DNA of 64,000 nt from Mycobacteriales bacterium (lineage in GTDB: Bacteria; Actinomycetota; Actinomycetes; Mycobacteriales; SCTD01), in NCBI GenBank assembly GCA_030447385.1, contig JAUJOY010000002.1, positions 99,392-163,391 of the forward strand, in the 5' to 3' direction. A program made the position numbers and the translations under genes. Under the pieces are notes generated by a model. It saw only the letters and a list, made by a program, of their open reading frames with translations. It was not told the DNA's origin and ran no database searches. The first letter of the stretch is position 1. The number at the start of each line of letters is the position of its first letter. Below are positions 9,937-18,564 of this stretch, piece by piece.

Positions 9937-11349
9937 ATGATCGACTACCACAACCAGCACCGGGACCTCATTCCGGGCAGCCCCGCTCAGAAGCTGCTCG
10001 AGGGTCTCGGCCGTGCGGTGGGCTTCCACGACCTCGACCACATCGGCGCCTTCGGGATGCCGACCGGGGCCTACATGGAGGACATGCTGGCCCCGGCTGC
10101 CATCGCGACCGCGGCTACCCGGTTCGGTCCGCTGGAGAAGGTGCACGCCTTCTGGTTCGCGGGGGCGAGCTGCGACGGCTGCAGCGTCGCCGCCACGGGC
10201 GCGACCAACCCGACCGTCGAGAGCATGATGCTCGGTGCCCACCCCGGCATTCCGCGGGTCATCCTGCACCACCCCGTCATCAACATGGAGTCCGGCGCCC
10301 ACTACATGCGGGCGGCCGAGCAGGCGATGGAGGGCACCCTCAACGCGCCCTACGTGGTCATCCTTGAGGGCTCGATCATGGACGAGCTGCTCGCCTTCGA
10401 CCAGGGCGGCTACTGGTCCGCCGCCGGCGAGGAGCCGTGGGGCAAGGGCGGCGAGCTGCGCCCGGTCAGCACGACCGAGTGGGTGGCCCGGCTGTCCATC
10501 AACGCCGCCGCGATGGTCGCCATCGGCACCTGCGCGACGTGGGGCGGCATCCCGTCGGCGGAGGGCAACCCCACCGGCGCCATGAGCCTCATGGACTTCC
10601 TCGGCAAGGACTACCGCTCGGTCCTCGGTGTACCGATCGTCAACATCCCGGGCTGCCCGCCCATCGGGGACAACTTCACCGAGACGATCGCGGCGGTCTG
10701 CTACTTCCTCCAGGGCTTCGGCCCCCTCCCCGAGTTCGATGAGCTCGGCCGGCCGGCCTGGCTGTTCGGCGAGACTGTCCACCGTCGCTGCGTGCGTGGC
10801 GCCTACTACGAGGAAGGCCAGTTCGCCCACGAGTTCGGCGACCCGGAGTGCCTCGTGGAGCTCGGCTGCTGGGGCCCCGTCGTCAACTGCAACATCACCT
10901 CACGCGGCGCCGTCCGCGGCATCGGTGGCTGCATGAACGCCGGCGCGGCCTGCATCGGCTGCACGATGCCCGGCTTCCCGGACAAGTTCACCCCCTTCTA
11001 CAAGCGTCCCCCCGGCTCCCTGGCGTCGACGACGGTCTCCCGGATGACCGGCAGCCTGATCCGCCCGCTGCGCAAGTTCAGCAACAACAACCTCAACCGC
11101 GAGGTGCGCTGGGACAAGACCGGCGAGGTCACGTCCGGGTTCGGTCGCGAGAAGTCCGACCCCGGCATGCTGGCTGAGGTGACCCACCACTTCTACGACA
11201 AGATGCGCCGCTTCAACGACAACGCGACCAACGACGGCGCGGCCTGGGGCAAGATCGGCGACGACGGCGGCGACGGTCGCCACCCCGAGCAGGCGCGTGG
11301 TTTCAAGTCCGGCGAGAGCTCGAAGAAGGCCATGCCAGGACGTCGCTAG
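9937..11349 (+). CDS. [NiFe]-hydrogenase small subunit (group 1h/1l-like)
   Basis: SCDGCS, EGSI, GTCA.WGG, PGCPP, HRRC, ECLVELGCWGPVVNCN, GGCMNAGAACIGC. RBS AGGAG. No twin-arginine signal. Confidence 0.93.
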   Translation: MIDYHNQHRDLIPGSPAQKLLEGLGRAVGFHDLDHIGAFGMPTGAYMEDMLAPAAIATAATRFGPLEKVHAFWFAGASCDGCSVAATGATNPTVESMMLGAHPGIPRVILHHPVINMESGAHYMRAAEQAMEGTLNAPYVVILEGSIMDELLAFDQGGYWSAAGEEPWGKGGELRPVSTTEWVARLSINAAAMVAIGTCATWGGIPSAEGNPTGAMSLMDFLGKDYRSVLGVPIVNIPGCPPIGDNFTETIAAVCYFLQGFGPLPEFDELGRPAWLFGETVHRRCVRGAYYEEGQFAHEFGDPECLVELGCWGPVVNCNITSRGAVRGIGGCMNAGAACIGCTMPGFPDKFTPFYKRPPGSLASTTVSRMTGSLIRPLRKFSNNNLNREVRWDKTGEVTSGFGREKSDPGMLAEVTHHFYDKMRRFNDNATNDGAAWGKIGDDGGDGRHPEQARGFKSGESSKKAMPGRR

Positions 11350-11433
11350 CGTCCGCGCACTCCTCCCTGCCCCTGATCGTGAGCACCTCTTCTTCCCCTG
11401 CGCTGCGCAGGGCCTGACTCCAGGAGTTCCTGT

Positions 11434-13335
11434 ATGTGCTTCAAGACCCTGCCGGTCTCGTTCGACGGTCGCGGCAACGCGACGTTGCGGGGCGGCGCCA
11501 ACCCGTACGGCTACACCAACTCCACCCCCAACCACGTCGAGGTGACGGAGACCGAGCGCGAGGAGCGCATCAAGCGGCTGGTCGCGCGCAACGGGCACAT
11601 CAAGGACCTCAACATGGACCCGATCACCCGCATCGCGGGTGCTCTGGCGCTCCACGTCCAGGCAGACCTGGACAACGGTGAGTACCTCGACGCCCACGCG
11701 CAGGCCACGCTCTTCCGCGGCTACGAGCTCATCCTCATGGGCCGCGACCCGCGCGATGCCATCTTCGTGTCCTCGCGGGCCTGCGGCGTGTGCGGTGGCG
11801 TGCACGCGCACTGCGCCGCCTACGCCATCGAGATGGCGATGGGGATCAAGCCGCCGCCGCTCGGCACGGTGGTGCGCAACATGGAGCAGGCCGCCGAGAT
11901 GGGCTACGACAACCCGCTGCACCTCTACCTGCTGGCCGGACCGGACTACTCGGAGTCGGTCATCAAGGCGTCCAACCCGGAGCTGTGGCCGCTGGCGGAG
12001 TCGTGGCCGTGCCCCAACGCGCACATCCACGGCTTCAAGAAGATGTCCGACCTGATGGTCGCGCTCAACCCGCTGACCGGTTCGCTCTACCGCGAGGGCC
12101 TGGACTTCACCCGCCTGTCCCGCGAGATCGTCGTCATCCTCACCGGCAAGTACCCCCACCCGCAGAACGTCGTGCCCGGTGGGGTCTCGACGACGCTCAC
12201 GCTGCAGACGCTCAACGAGTTCCACTCCAAGCTGGGTCGCATCTTCGACTACGCCCAGCGGATGATGGCCGTCTGGGACGACATCCCGGCCTTCTTCTAC
12301 GAGGCCGACGAGCGCTACATGCAGGTCGGCTCGCGTCCGATGACCATGATCGACGCCGGCTACTGGGACGACCCGTACGCCTACGACGGCACCTACGAGA
12401 ACTGCAACGAGTGGGGCGACAAGCGCTGGTCGACTCCCGGAGCGGTCATCGACGGCAAGCTGGTGACGACCCGCCTCACCGACATCAACATCGGGCTCGA
12501 GGAGTTCGTCGAGCACGCCTACTACGAGCCCTCGCACACCACGCGCCACGCGACCGACCCGCTGGGCAACCCGCTCTCGCCCTGGCACCCGTGGAACAAG
12601 CGGACGCTGCCCAAGCCCGGCGCCCGGGACTGGAAGGACAAGTACACCTGGTCCACCTCCGTACGGTGGGACCGGCGCGCGGTCGAGGCAGGCTGCTACG
12701 CGCGCATGATCATCAACGCCCAGTCCAGGAAGATCCCGACCAGCGACTTCATCGAGTCCACCGGCCACAGCGTGCGCATGCTCGTCCCCAAGGGCGAGGT
12801 CGGCGAGCGGGAGGTCGAGTGGCACATGCCGGACGTGTGGAACGCCTTCGAGCGCAACCGCGCCCGCGCGCACCACTACCTCTACAGCCAGCTGGTCGGG
12901 CTCGAGAGCCTCTTCGAGGCCTACAAGCTCTTCCAGCAGGGTGAGCGCCAGGTTGCGAGCCTGACCCCGGAGGAGCTGGAGAAGGCGATCCCGCAGGACA
13001 ACCGCCTGGGTGTCGGCTTCTGGGGCGCCGGCCGCGGCTGGCTGGTGCACCACCTGGAGATGGACAAGGGCAAGCTCACCAACTACCAGATCACGACGCC
13101 CTCGACGCTCAACGCGTCGCCGCGCGACCCGTGGGGCAACCCTGGTCCCTACGAGGAAGCCGTCATGAACACGCCGATGATCGAGGACCTCTCCAACCCG
13201 GAGAGCTTCACGAGCATCGACATGATGCGCGCCATCCGCAGCTTCGACCCGTGCATGCCGTGCACCACGCACGCCTACACCGGCGACGGCGAGATCGTGC
13301 GTGAGGTCAACACGTGCTCGTGCGGCGGTGACTGA
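11434..13335 (+). CDS. [NiFe]-hydrogenase large subunit (group 1h/1l-like)
   Basis: L1 motif SRACGVCGGVH, L2 motif SFDPCMPCTTH, DPITRI, GAGRGWLVH. Confidence 0.95.
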   Translation: MCFKTLPVSFDGRGNATLRGGANPYGYTNSTPNHVEVTETEREERIKRLVARNGHIKDLNMDPITRIAGALALHVQADLDNGEYLDAHAQATLFRGYELILMGRDPRDAIFVSSRACGVCGGVHAHCAAYAIEMAMGIKPPPLGTVVRNMEQAAEMGYDNPLHLYLLAGPDYSESVIKASNPELWPLAESWPCPNAHIHGFKKMSDLMVALNPLTGSLYREGLDFTRLSREIVVILTGKYPHPQNVVPGGVSTTLTLQTLNEFHSKLGRIFDYAQRMMAVWDDIPAFFYEADERYMQVGSRPMTMIDAGYWDDPYAYDGTYENCNEWGDKRWSTPGAVIDGKLVTTRLTDINIGLEEFVEHAYYEPSHTTRHATDPLGNPLSPWHPWNKRTLPKPGARDWKDKYTWSTSVRWDRRAVEAGCYARMIINAQSRKIPTSDFIESTGHSVRMLVPKGEVGEREVEWHMPDVWNAFERNRARAHHYLYSQLVGLESLFEAYKLFQQGERQVASLTPEELEKAIPQDNRLGVGFWGAGRGWLVHHLEMDKGKLTNYQITTPSTLNASPRDPWGNPGPYEEAVMNTPMIEDLSNPESFTSIDMMRAIRSFDPCMPCTTHAYTGDGEIVREVNTCSCGGD

Positions 13336-14107
13336 CGCCGCAGGCGGACGCGTCTCTGTCTTCGTCGGCGGCGTCAGCGAGCTCTACCAGTCCGACCTCG
13401 ACGTCGGGCGGTACGTGGTCGAGCGGTTGCTGACGGAGGACCTCGGTCCTGGTGTCGTCGTGGAGGACCTCTACTACGGCGCCATCATGGTCGCGCAGCG
13501 GTTGGAGGACCTGCGGCCGGCGTCGCTCATCCTGGTGAGCGGCGTCGTCCGTGGGCGTCCGCCCGGCACGGTGCAGCGCCGCTATCTCGAGGTGACCGAG
13601 CAGAGCCCGGCCGAAGCGCAGGGCGCGGTGGGTGATGCCGTCACCGGCTACGTCCACCCCGACCTGGTCGTGGAGATCGCCGCGGCGCTGAAGTGCCTTC
13701 CGGCGCGTTCCATCGCCATCGAGGTCGAGCCGGAGGTGTCCACGACCGGTGACGGACTCAGCCCGTCCGTCGCCGAGGCACTCGACGTCGCGCTCGACAT
13801 GGTCCGCACGGAGGTGCGGCGTGCGCCACTGCTCGCGCTCGCGGACGAGCTTCGGCCCCTGCTCGAGGGCGACCGGCTGGAGGAGTCCGCTCCGACGGCC
13901 GCTGCCCGCGAGCTGCTGGACGAGCTGGGGCTCTTGGAGCGGGAAGGCCGGTGGGGGCGCACGTTCGCCCTCAAGGACCGGCTGCAGCTCGGCATCGCCG
14001 GCAGTGACAGCAGCGAGGGGATGAGCCACCTCGACTGGGCGCTGTGGTGGACGCTCATCGAAGAGGTGGCCCGGCTCGAGGTCGTGGAGAGCTCGTACAA
14101 GCGCTGA
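13328..14107 (+). CDS. Divergent hydrogenase maturation protease-like protein with a C-terminal extension
   Basis: GGVSELYQSDLDVG resembles the HybD GxGN..xDDGxG motif; GRPPGTV; GLSPSVAEAL. Overlaps the large-subunit stop. Confidence 0.7.
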   Translation: MTDAAGGRVSVFVGGVSELYQSDLDVGRYVVERLLTEDLGPGVVVEDLYYGAIMVAQRLEDLRPASLILVSGVVRGRPPGTVQRRYLEVTEQSPAEAQGAVGDAVTGYVHPDLVVEIAAALKCLPARSIAIEVEPEVSTTGDGLSPSVAEALDVALDMVRTEVRRAPLLALADELRPLLEGDRLEESAPTAAARELLDELGLLEREGRWGRTFALKDRLQLGIAGSDSSEGMSHLDWALWWTLIEEVARLEVVESSYKR

Positions 14108-14139
14108 GCGACATGCACGGAGCCGTCTGATCGCGGCCG

Positions 14140-14181
14140 AGGAGCTGCGGGGTCACGACGACCCGCAGCTCCTGTGCTTTT
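14140..14181 (+). terminator. Rho-independent terminator of the hydrogenase operon
   Basis: AGGAGCTGCGGG / CCCGCAGCTCCT 12-bp stem followed by GTGCTTTT. Confidence 0.75.
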
Positions 14182-14205
14182 CCGGCCGGCCGATGCTGGC
14201 GGCGG

Positions 14206-15027
14206 CTACGTCGTCGACTTGCCGAAGAGCTCGGCGGGTGGGGTTATCTCGCCCGCGGGCTTGTCCAGGTAGCCGAGGTTGTGCGGTGGGATGGCCACGC
14301 GGTTGCCTTTCGGGGTCAGCAGCACCAGGGCCCCGTCCGCGAGCACGTCGACCCCCTCACCGGTCACCTCTGGACCGCCGACTCCGCCGGCCCCCATCGG
14401 GATCAGGAAGGCCCGGTGGCTGCGCCGCAGGGTGGTGCAGCGGGCGAGGTAGTCCGACAGCACCTGGCCGGGCGGCGCGTCGACGCGCTTCTCCAGCGCG
14501 TCGCAGAGCCGGGCCAGCAGCTCGGGCCGGGGGGAGTCGGGGCGCTCGATCAGCACGGTCACGCTCAGCCACTCGGTACGCGAGGGACCGAGCTCGACGT
14601 AGACCCCGACCCGGGCCCGGACCTCTCCGTTCGGGTCGCGCACCTCGTCCGGCCACTCCAGGCCGCCACCGGGCGTCCCCACGACGTCGTGCAGCGCGAG
14701 CAGGCAGGAGACGTAGGGCCATCCCTCCCGCTCCGGAGCCAGGACTGGCCGCAGGAGCAGGGTGAACCCGAGGTCGCGTCCCTGCTGGACGATCCAGGGC
14801 AGGCCGCCACGTCCTCGCGGGGACGCCTGGTAGTCGGCGACGACGACGGCGCCCTCAGGCGCGCCTTCGCGGGCCCAGGCATGAGCCACCGCCTCGGTGG
14901 AGAGCAGGGCAGGATAGGTGCGGAACGGGCGGTCGCCCAGCGCCGCGGCGAGGCTCGCCTCGCTCAGGTCGCTCTGGCTCCCCTCACTTCCGGTCGCGGC
15001 TCCCGCAGCCTGATCGTTGCCGGTCAT
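14206..15027 (-). CDS. Biotin-protein-ligase (BirA)-like protein with a degenerate active site
   Basis: ST....A.AWAREGAPEGAVVVADYQASPRGRGG.PW, EWPDEV, C-terminal DVLADGALVL. ATG overlaps the TPR gene stop. Confidence 0.7.
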   Translation of the reverse strand: MTGNDQAAGAATGSEGSQSDLSEASLAAALGDRPFRTYPALLSTEAVAHAWAREGAPEGAVVVADYQASPRGRGGLPWIVQQGRDLGFTLLLRPVLAPEREGWPYVSCLLALHDVVGTPGGGLEWPDEVRDPNGEVRARVGVYVELGPSRTEWLSVTVLIERPDSPRPELLARLCDALEKRVDAPPGQVLSDYLARCTTLRRSHRAFLIPMGAGGVGGPEVTGEGVDVLADGALVLLTPKGNRVAIPPHNLGYLDKPAGEITPPAELFGKSTT

Positions 15028-16256
15028 CTCCACCCACCTTCCAGACCCGCGGCTTCGGCCGCGGTGTTGAGGCTGGCCGCCAGCCGTTGCCACTGCGGGA
15101 TGGCGAACCGTGCCATCGCCGAGCCGAAGACCGCGCGCAGCCGTTCCGCTTCGGCCTCCGGGCGGCCGGCGGCCGCCTGGACGAACGACGCCATCACCAT
15201 CTCGTAGCTGCGCGGCGGCAGCTCCAGCACGACGTTGAGCAGGTGCTCGGCGAGGTCGTAGGCGATGCTGGGCCGGCCCAGCACGCCGTCGAGGAACCAC
15301 CGGACCACCTCGGTCCGGCCGGCGGCCGGGAGCTCGAGGGCGCGCAGCAGCTCGGAGCGGATCACCCCGTCCCACTGGTCCTTGTCGTCCTCCGAGTCGA
15401 GCACGGTCATGAGGTCGTCGGCCACTCGCCCGGGCAGCCGGTCGAGGACCTCCTGCGACTGGGCGCGCACCGGCGGCGCCGCACTCGGGATCGCCAGCGC
15501 CTGGCCGGCGGCCAGGCGCGCCCGGGGCGCGTCACCGGTCTGCTCGTAGGCCAGGGCGAGGTTGGCCTTGACCATGGCGTGCTCGGCAGGGCGCAGCGTG
15601 CGCGGGAACGCCGCGAGGGCACGCTGCAGCGCGAGCACGGCCTCCGCCGGCTTCTCGGCGGCCAGCAGGGCCAGGCCCAGCGCGTTGCCTGCGGCGCCGG
15701 TGTTGGCGCTGTCCGTCGCCTTCTCCGCCAGCTCCAACGCCTGCGCCAGCAGCCGAACTGCGGCCTCCACGTCGCCCTCGGTGAGCAGCGAGGCCCCGGC
15801 CTCGCGGGCCGCTGCAGAGGCCTGGGAGGGAAAGCCCGCCTTCACGAAGAGCTCGCGGGCGCGGTCCCAGGCCTCCCGAGCGCCCTTCAGGTCCCCGGTG
15901 TCCTGCAGGACCAGCCCGAGGTTGAACGAGGCCGCCGCCTGCTCCGCCGGCTGGTCGAGGGTCGCGAGCTCCTCATACGCCGTGGAGAAGGCCTCCTTGG
16001 CCTTCTCGCGCTGCCCCGCCGTGCGCAGGGCGGCCCCCAGCATGACGCTGGTCTTCGCGTGCTCGAGCGTCATCCCGGCCTTGCCGAAGACCTCGCGCGC
16101 CGTGGTCAGCGACGTCAGGGCCTTGCGGGTCTCGCCGGTCTGCAGCTGCATCGTCCCGAGGTGGAACTGCGTCGTCGCGTGCTGCACCGGGTAGCGGTCG
16201 ACCGGGTAGCGGCCGAGCTTCGCGATGAGGTCTTGCGCCGAATCGGCCACGAGCAC
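15024..16256 (-). CDS. Tetratricopeptide-repeat protein
   Basis: Repeated helical units (FHLG, FNLGLV, NALGLA, ANLALA). RBS-like GGAAAGG before GTG. Confidence 0.8.
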   Translation of the reverse strand: MLVADSAQDLIAKLGRYPVDRYPVQHATTQFHLGTMQLQTGETRKALTSLTTAREVFGKAGMTLEHAKTSVMLGAALRTAGQREKAKEAFSTAYEELATLDQPAEQAAASFNLGLVLQDTGDLKGAREAWDRARELFVKAGFPSQASAAAREAGASLLTEGDVEAAVRLLAQALELAEKATDSANTGAAGNALGLALLAAEKPAEAVLALQRALAAFPRTLRPAEHAMVKANLALAYEQTGDAPRARLAAGQALAIPSAAPPVRAQSQEVLDRLPGRVADDLMTVLDSEDDKDQWDGVIRSELLRALELPAAGRTEVVRWFLDGVLGRPSIAYDLAEHLLNVVLELPPRSYEMVMASFVQAAAGRPEAEAERLRAVFGSAMARFAIPQWQRLAASLNTAAEAAGLEGGWR

Positions 16257-16269
16257 CTACCCTTTCCCT

Positions 16270-16770
16270 ATGAATGCTGTGGTGGCGTGCTTCGGCAACG
16301 TGCTCAAGGCCGACGACGGCGTCGGTCCCGCTGTGGCGCACGCTCTGCACGAGGAGGGGCTGCCCGACGGCGTCCGCGTGATGGAGGTCGGCATCGGTGG
16401 CATCCACCTGCTGCAGGAGCTGATGCGCGCACCCGCGGACGTGCTGCTGATCGTGGACGCCGTCGACCTCGGCCGCCCCGCCGGCAGCGTCGTGGTGCAG
16501 CGTCCCGAGGTGCTCGACGTCAACAAGCTCCCGGTGCACCAGCGGCGCGACCAGCTCTGCGACATGCACCTGGCCACGCCGGCGAAGACCATGACGTTCG
16601 CGCTGGGCATGGGCGTCCTGCCGCCGACGACACTGGTCGTCGGGGTGCAGACGACCGACACCTCCGAGCCGCGGGTGGGGCTGTCGGAGGTGACGGCGCG
16701 GACGGTGCCCGTCGTCGTGAGCGAGGTGCTGCGCCTGCTGGCCCAGCACGCCCCCGCCCCCCTGCCCTGA
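16270..16770 (+). CDS. Hydrogenase maturation endopeptidase (HybD/HupD family)
   Basis: CFGNVLKADDGVG, LIVDAVD, DMH.A.P, GLSEV. Confidence 0.88.
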   Translation: MNAVVACFGNVLKADDGVGPAVAHALHEEGLPDGVRVMEVGIGGIHLLQELMRAPADVLLIVDAVDLGRPAGSVVVQRPEVLDVNKLPVHQRRDQLCDMHLATPAKTMTFALGMGVLPPTTLVVGVQTTDTSEPRVGLSEVTARTVPVVVSEVLRLLAQHAPAPLP

Positions 16771-16803
16771 CCCCGGAGCGGGTAAGCCTGATCGGCCAAC
16801 GCG

Positions 16804-17400
16804 TCAGTCCGGCGGGCGGGTCGTGATCTGGAGCAGCACGGTGCTGCCCGAGGGCGGTGCGTGCGCCGCCGCCCCGTCGTCGGGCGCGACGTCCATGGAC
16901 ACGAAACCGGGCAGGTTCTCCCGCAGCGCCTCCTCGACGCCGTGCCGGAGCGTCTCACCGGCCGACGTGCACCCCGAGCAGGCGCCGACGAGGCGTACGC
17001 GCACCACGCCGTGCTCCACACCCAGCACCTCGACCTCACCGCCGTGCTCGTGCAGGTAGGGCCGGATCTGCTCGAGCGCGTCGTTGGCCGCCTCGGGGTC
17101 GTTGACCCCCACGCCGTAGGCCTCGAAGAGCCAGTCGATCGCCGGGTCGGACCGGCGGAGGGCTTCCAAGTCGAGCCCAGGGGAGTCGGCGAGCCTGGTG
17201 ACCGCCAGCCGGTGCACGGCGTCGACGCCGTCGAGCAGCTCGAAGACCCGGTTGCGCACGTCCTCGTCCAGGCCCTCGATGTCGCCCAGCAGCTCCTCGA
17301 GCCGGTCGAGCAGCGGCCCCATCGCGGCCAGTGAGGCGTCCGCGAGCTGCTCAGGGGACCTCGCCTCAGGCTCGGTCTCTGCCTCGGACTTCACGGTCAT
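16804..17400 (-). CDS. NifU/NfuA-like Fe-S protein
   Basis: IRPYLHEHGGEVEV...GACSGC NifU C-terminal motif. ATG at 17400 with RBS AGGAG. Confidence 0.85.
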   Translation of the reverse strand: MTVKSEAETEPEARSPEQLADASLAAMGPLLDRLEELLGDIEGLDEDVRNRVFELLDGVDAVHRLAVTRLADSPGLDLEALRRSDPAIDWLFEAYGVGVNDPEAANDALEQIRPYLHEHGGEVEVLGVEHGVVRVRLVGACSGCTSAGETLRHGVEEALRENLPGFVSMDVAPDDGAAAHAPPSGSTVLLQITTRPPD

Positions 17401-17720
17401 CTGTGTGCTCCTGTGGGGGGGTCGTCGTGCAGGTGATGCGCGGGCGGCTGTGCGGAGGTGGAGCGGAGAGGCGACGTCCCGCAGCGAGATCTCCGAGACG
17501 TCGCAGACGCCGGTCAGGTCACCGTTGCCGGGGCAGTGCACCGTGCCCCAGAATGTCCTGAGCGTAGCGCGCACAGCCCGAGGAGGCCGGTTACCGTAGT
17601 GGCCGAGCACCGTCACGAGCGGCGCCAGCAGCAGCAACCCGAGGGCCGTCCGACCCGGAGGACGACAACTTCACCAGCTTCCTGCTGCTCGAGGTCTGCG
17701 TGCCACGAGTGTCACCTGCA

Positions 17721-17741
17721 GTAGGTGTTCCGCGCTAGTAC
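17721..17741. promoter_or_regulatory. Candidate operator GTAGGTGTT-CCG-CGCTAGTAC
   Basis: Same length and same GTAG...TAC ends as the 4386 motif; 24 bp before a cooC-like start. Confidence 0.4.
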
Positions 17742-17765
17742 CGTCCGCCGACGAGAGGACCTCGC

Positions 17766-18554
17766 ATGACCACAGTGGCAAGCCAACTTCAGCTGAAGCT
17801 CGGTGTCGTGGGCAAGGGCGGCGTCGGCAAGACGACGGTCTCCGGCCTGGTGGCCCGCCGCTACGCCGAGCGCGGGCGACAGGTCGTCGCGGTGGACACC
17901 GACTCCAACCCCAACCTCGGGCTCTCGCTCGGCCTGTCCCTCGAGGAGATGGAAGCCGTGCCGGTGCTGCCCCGCGCCACCATCGTCGGCATCGGCGGGT
18001 CGGCCTCCTCCGCCGACCTGCTCGCGGAGTACGGCCGCTCCACGCCGGCGGGTCCGACCCTGCTGTCGGCCATCAAGGTGGCCCAGGCGGGCGCCGGCTG
18101 CACCTGCAGCGGCCATGCGACCGTCCGCAGCCTGCTGTCCGACGCGCTGGAGAACGTCGACCTGACCCTGGTCGACATGGAGGCTGGTCTGGAGCACCTG
18201 AGCCGGTCCGGCGGGACCCTCGCCTACGCCGACCTGCTGCTGGTCGTCTGCGAGCCCACGCGCAAGTCGGTCCTCACCGCCTCGCGTACGGCGTCCCTCG
18301 CCGCCGAGCTGGGCATCCCGGGGGTGCTGGCCGTGGGCAACAAGGCCAAGTCGCCCGAGGACGTCGCCTTCTTCCGCGACACCCTGACCTCCGAGGGAAT
18401 CGAGATCGCCGGCATCCTGCCCTACGACCCGGAGGTGGCAGCAGCAGACCGGGTAGGGGAAGTGGGCCTTCAGCCGGTCGCCCCGGCCGTCCAGGCTGCG
18501 CTGGACGAGGTGCTGGACGCGCTGGACAAGGCGCGGGCGCGCATCGAGACGTGA
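17766..18554 (+). CDS. CooC-like nickel-insertion ATPase (paralog 2)
   Basis: GKGGVGKTT, DTDSNPNL, GCTCSGH, DMEAGLEHLSR, CEPT.KS, GNK, PYDP. Confidence 0.88.
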   Translation: MTTVASQLQLKLGVVGKGGVGKTTVSGLVARRYAERGRQVVAVDTDSNPNLGLSLGLSLEEMEAVPVLPRATIVGIGGSASSADLLAEYGRSTPAGPTLLSAIKVAQAGAGCTCSGHATVRSLLSDALENVDLTLVDMEAGLEHLSRSGGTLAYADLLLVVCEPTRKSVLTASRTASLAAELGIPGVLAVGNKAKSPEDVAFFRDTLTSEGIEIAGILPYDPEVAAADRVGEVGLQPVAPAVQAALDEVLDALDKARARIET

Positions 18555-18564
18555 GCGGGCCGGG

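Noticed and set aside
13240-13272. Possible [NiFeSe]-hydrogenase
   Set aside because: The L2 motif is DPCMPC with TGC codons; there is no UGA in the large subunit
14206-15027. Assigning the gene symbol birA
   Set aside because: Key KWPND and KxxGIL motifs are not conserved, so biotin ligase activity is unsupported
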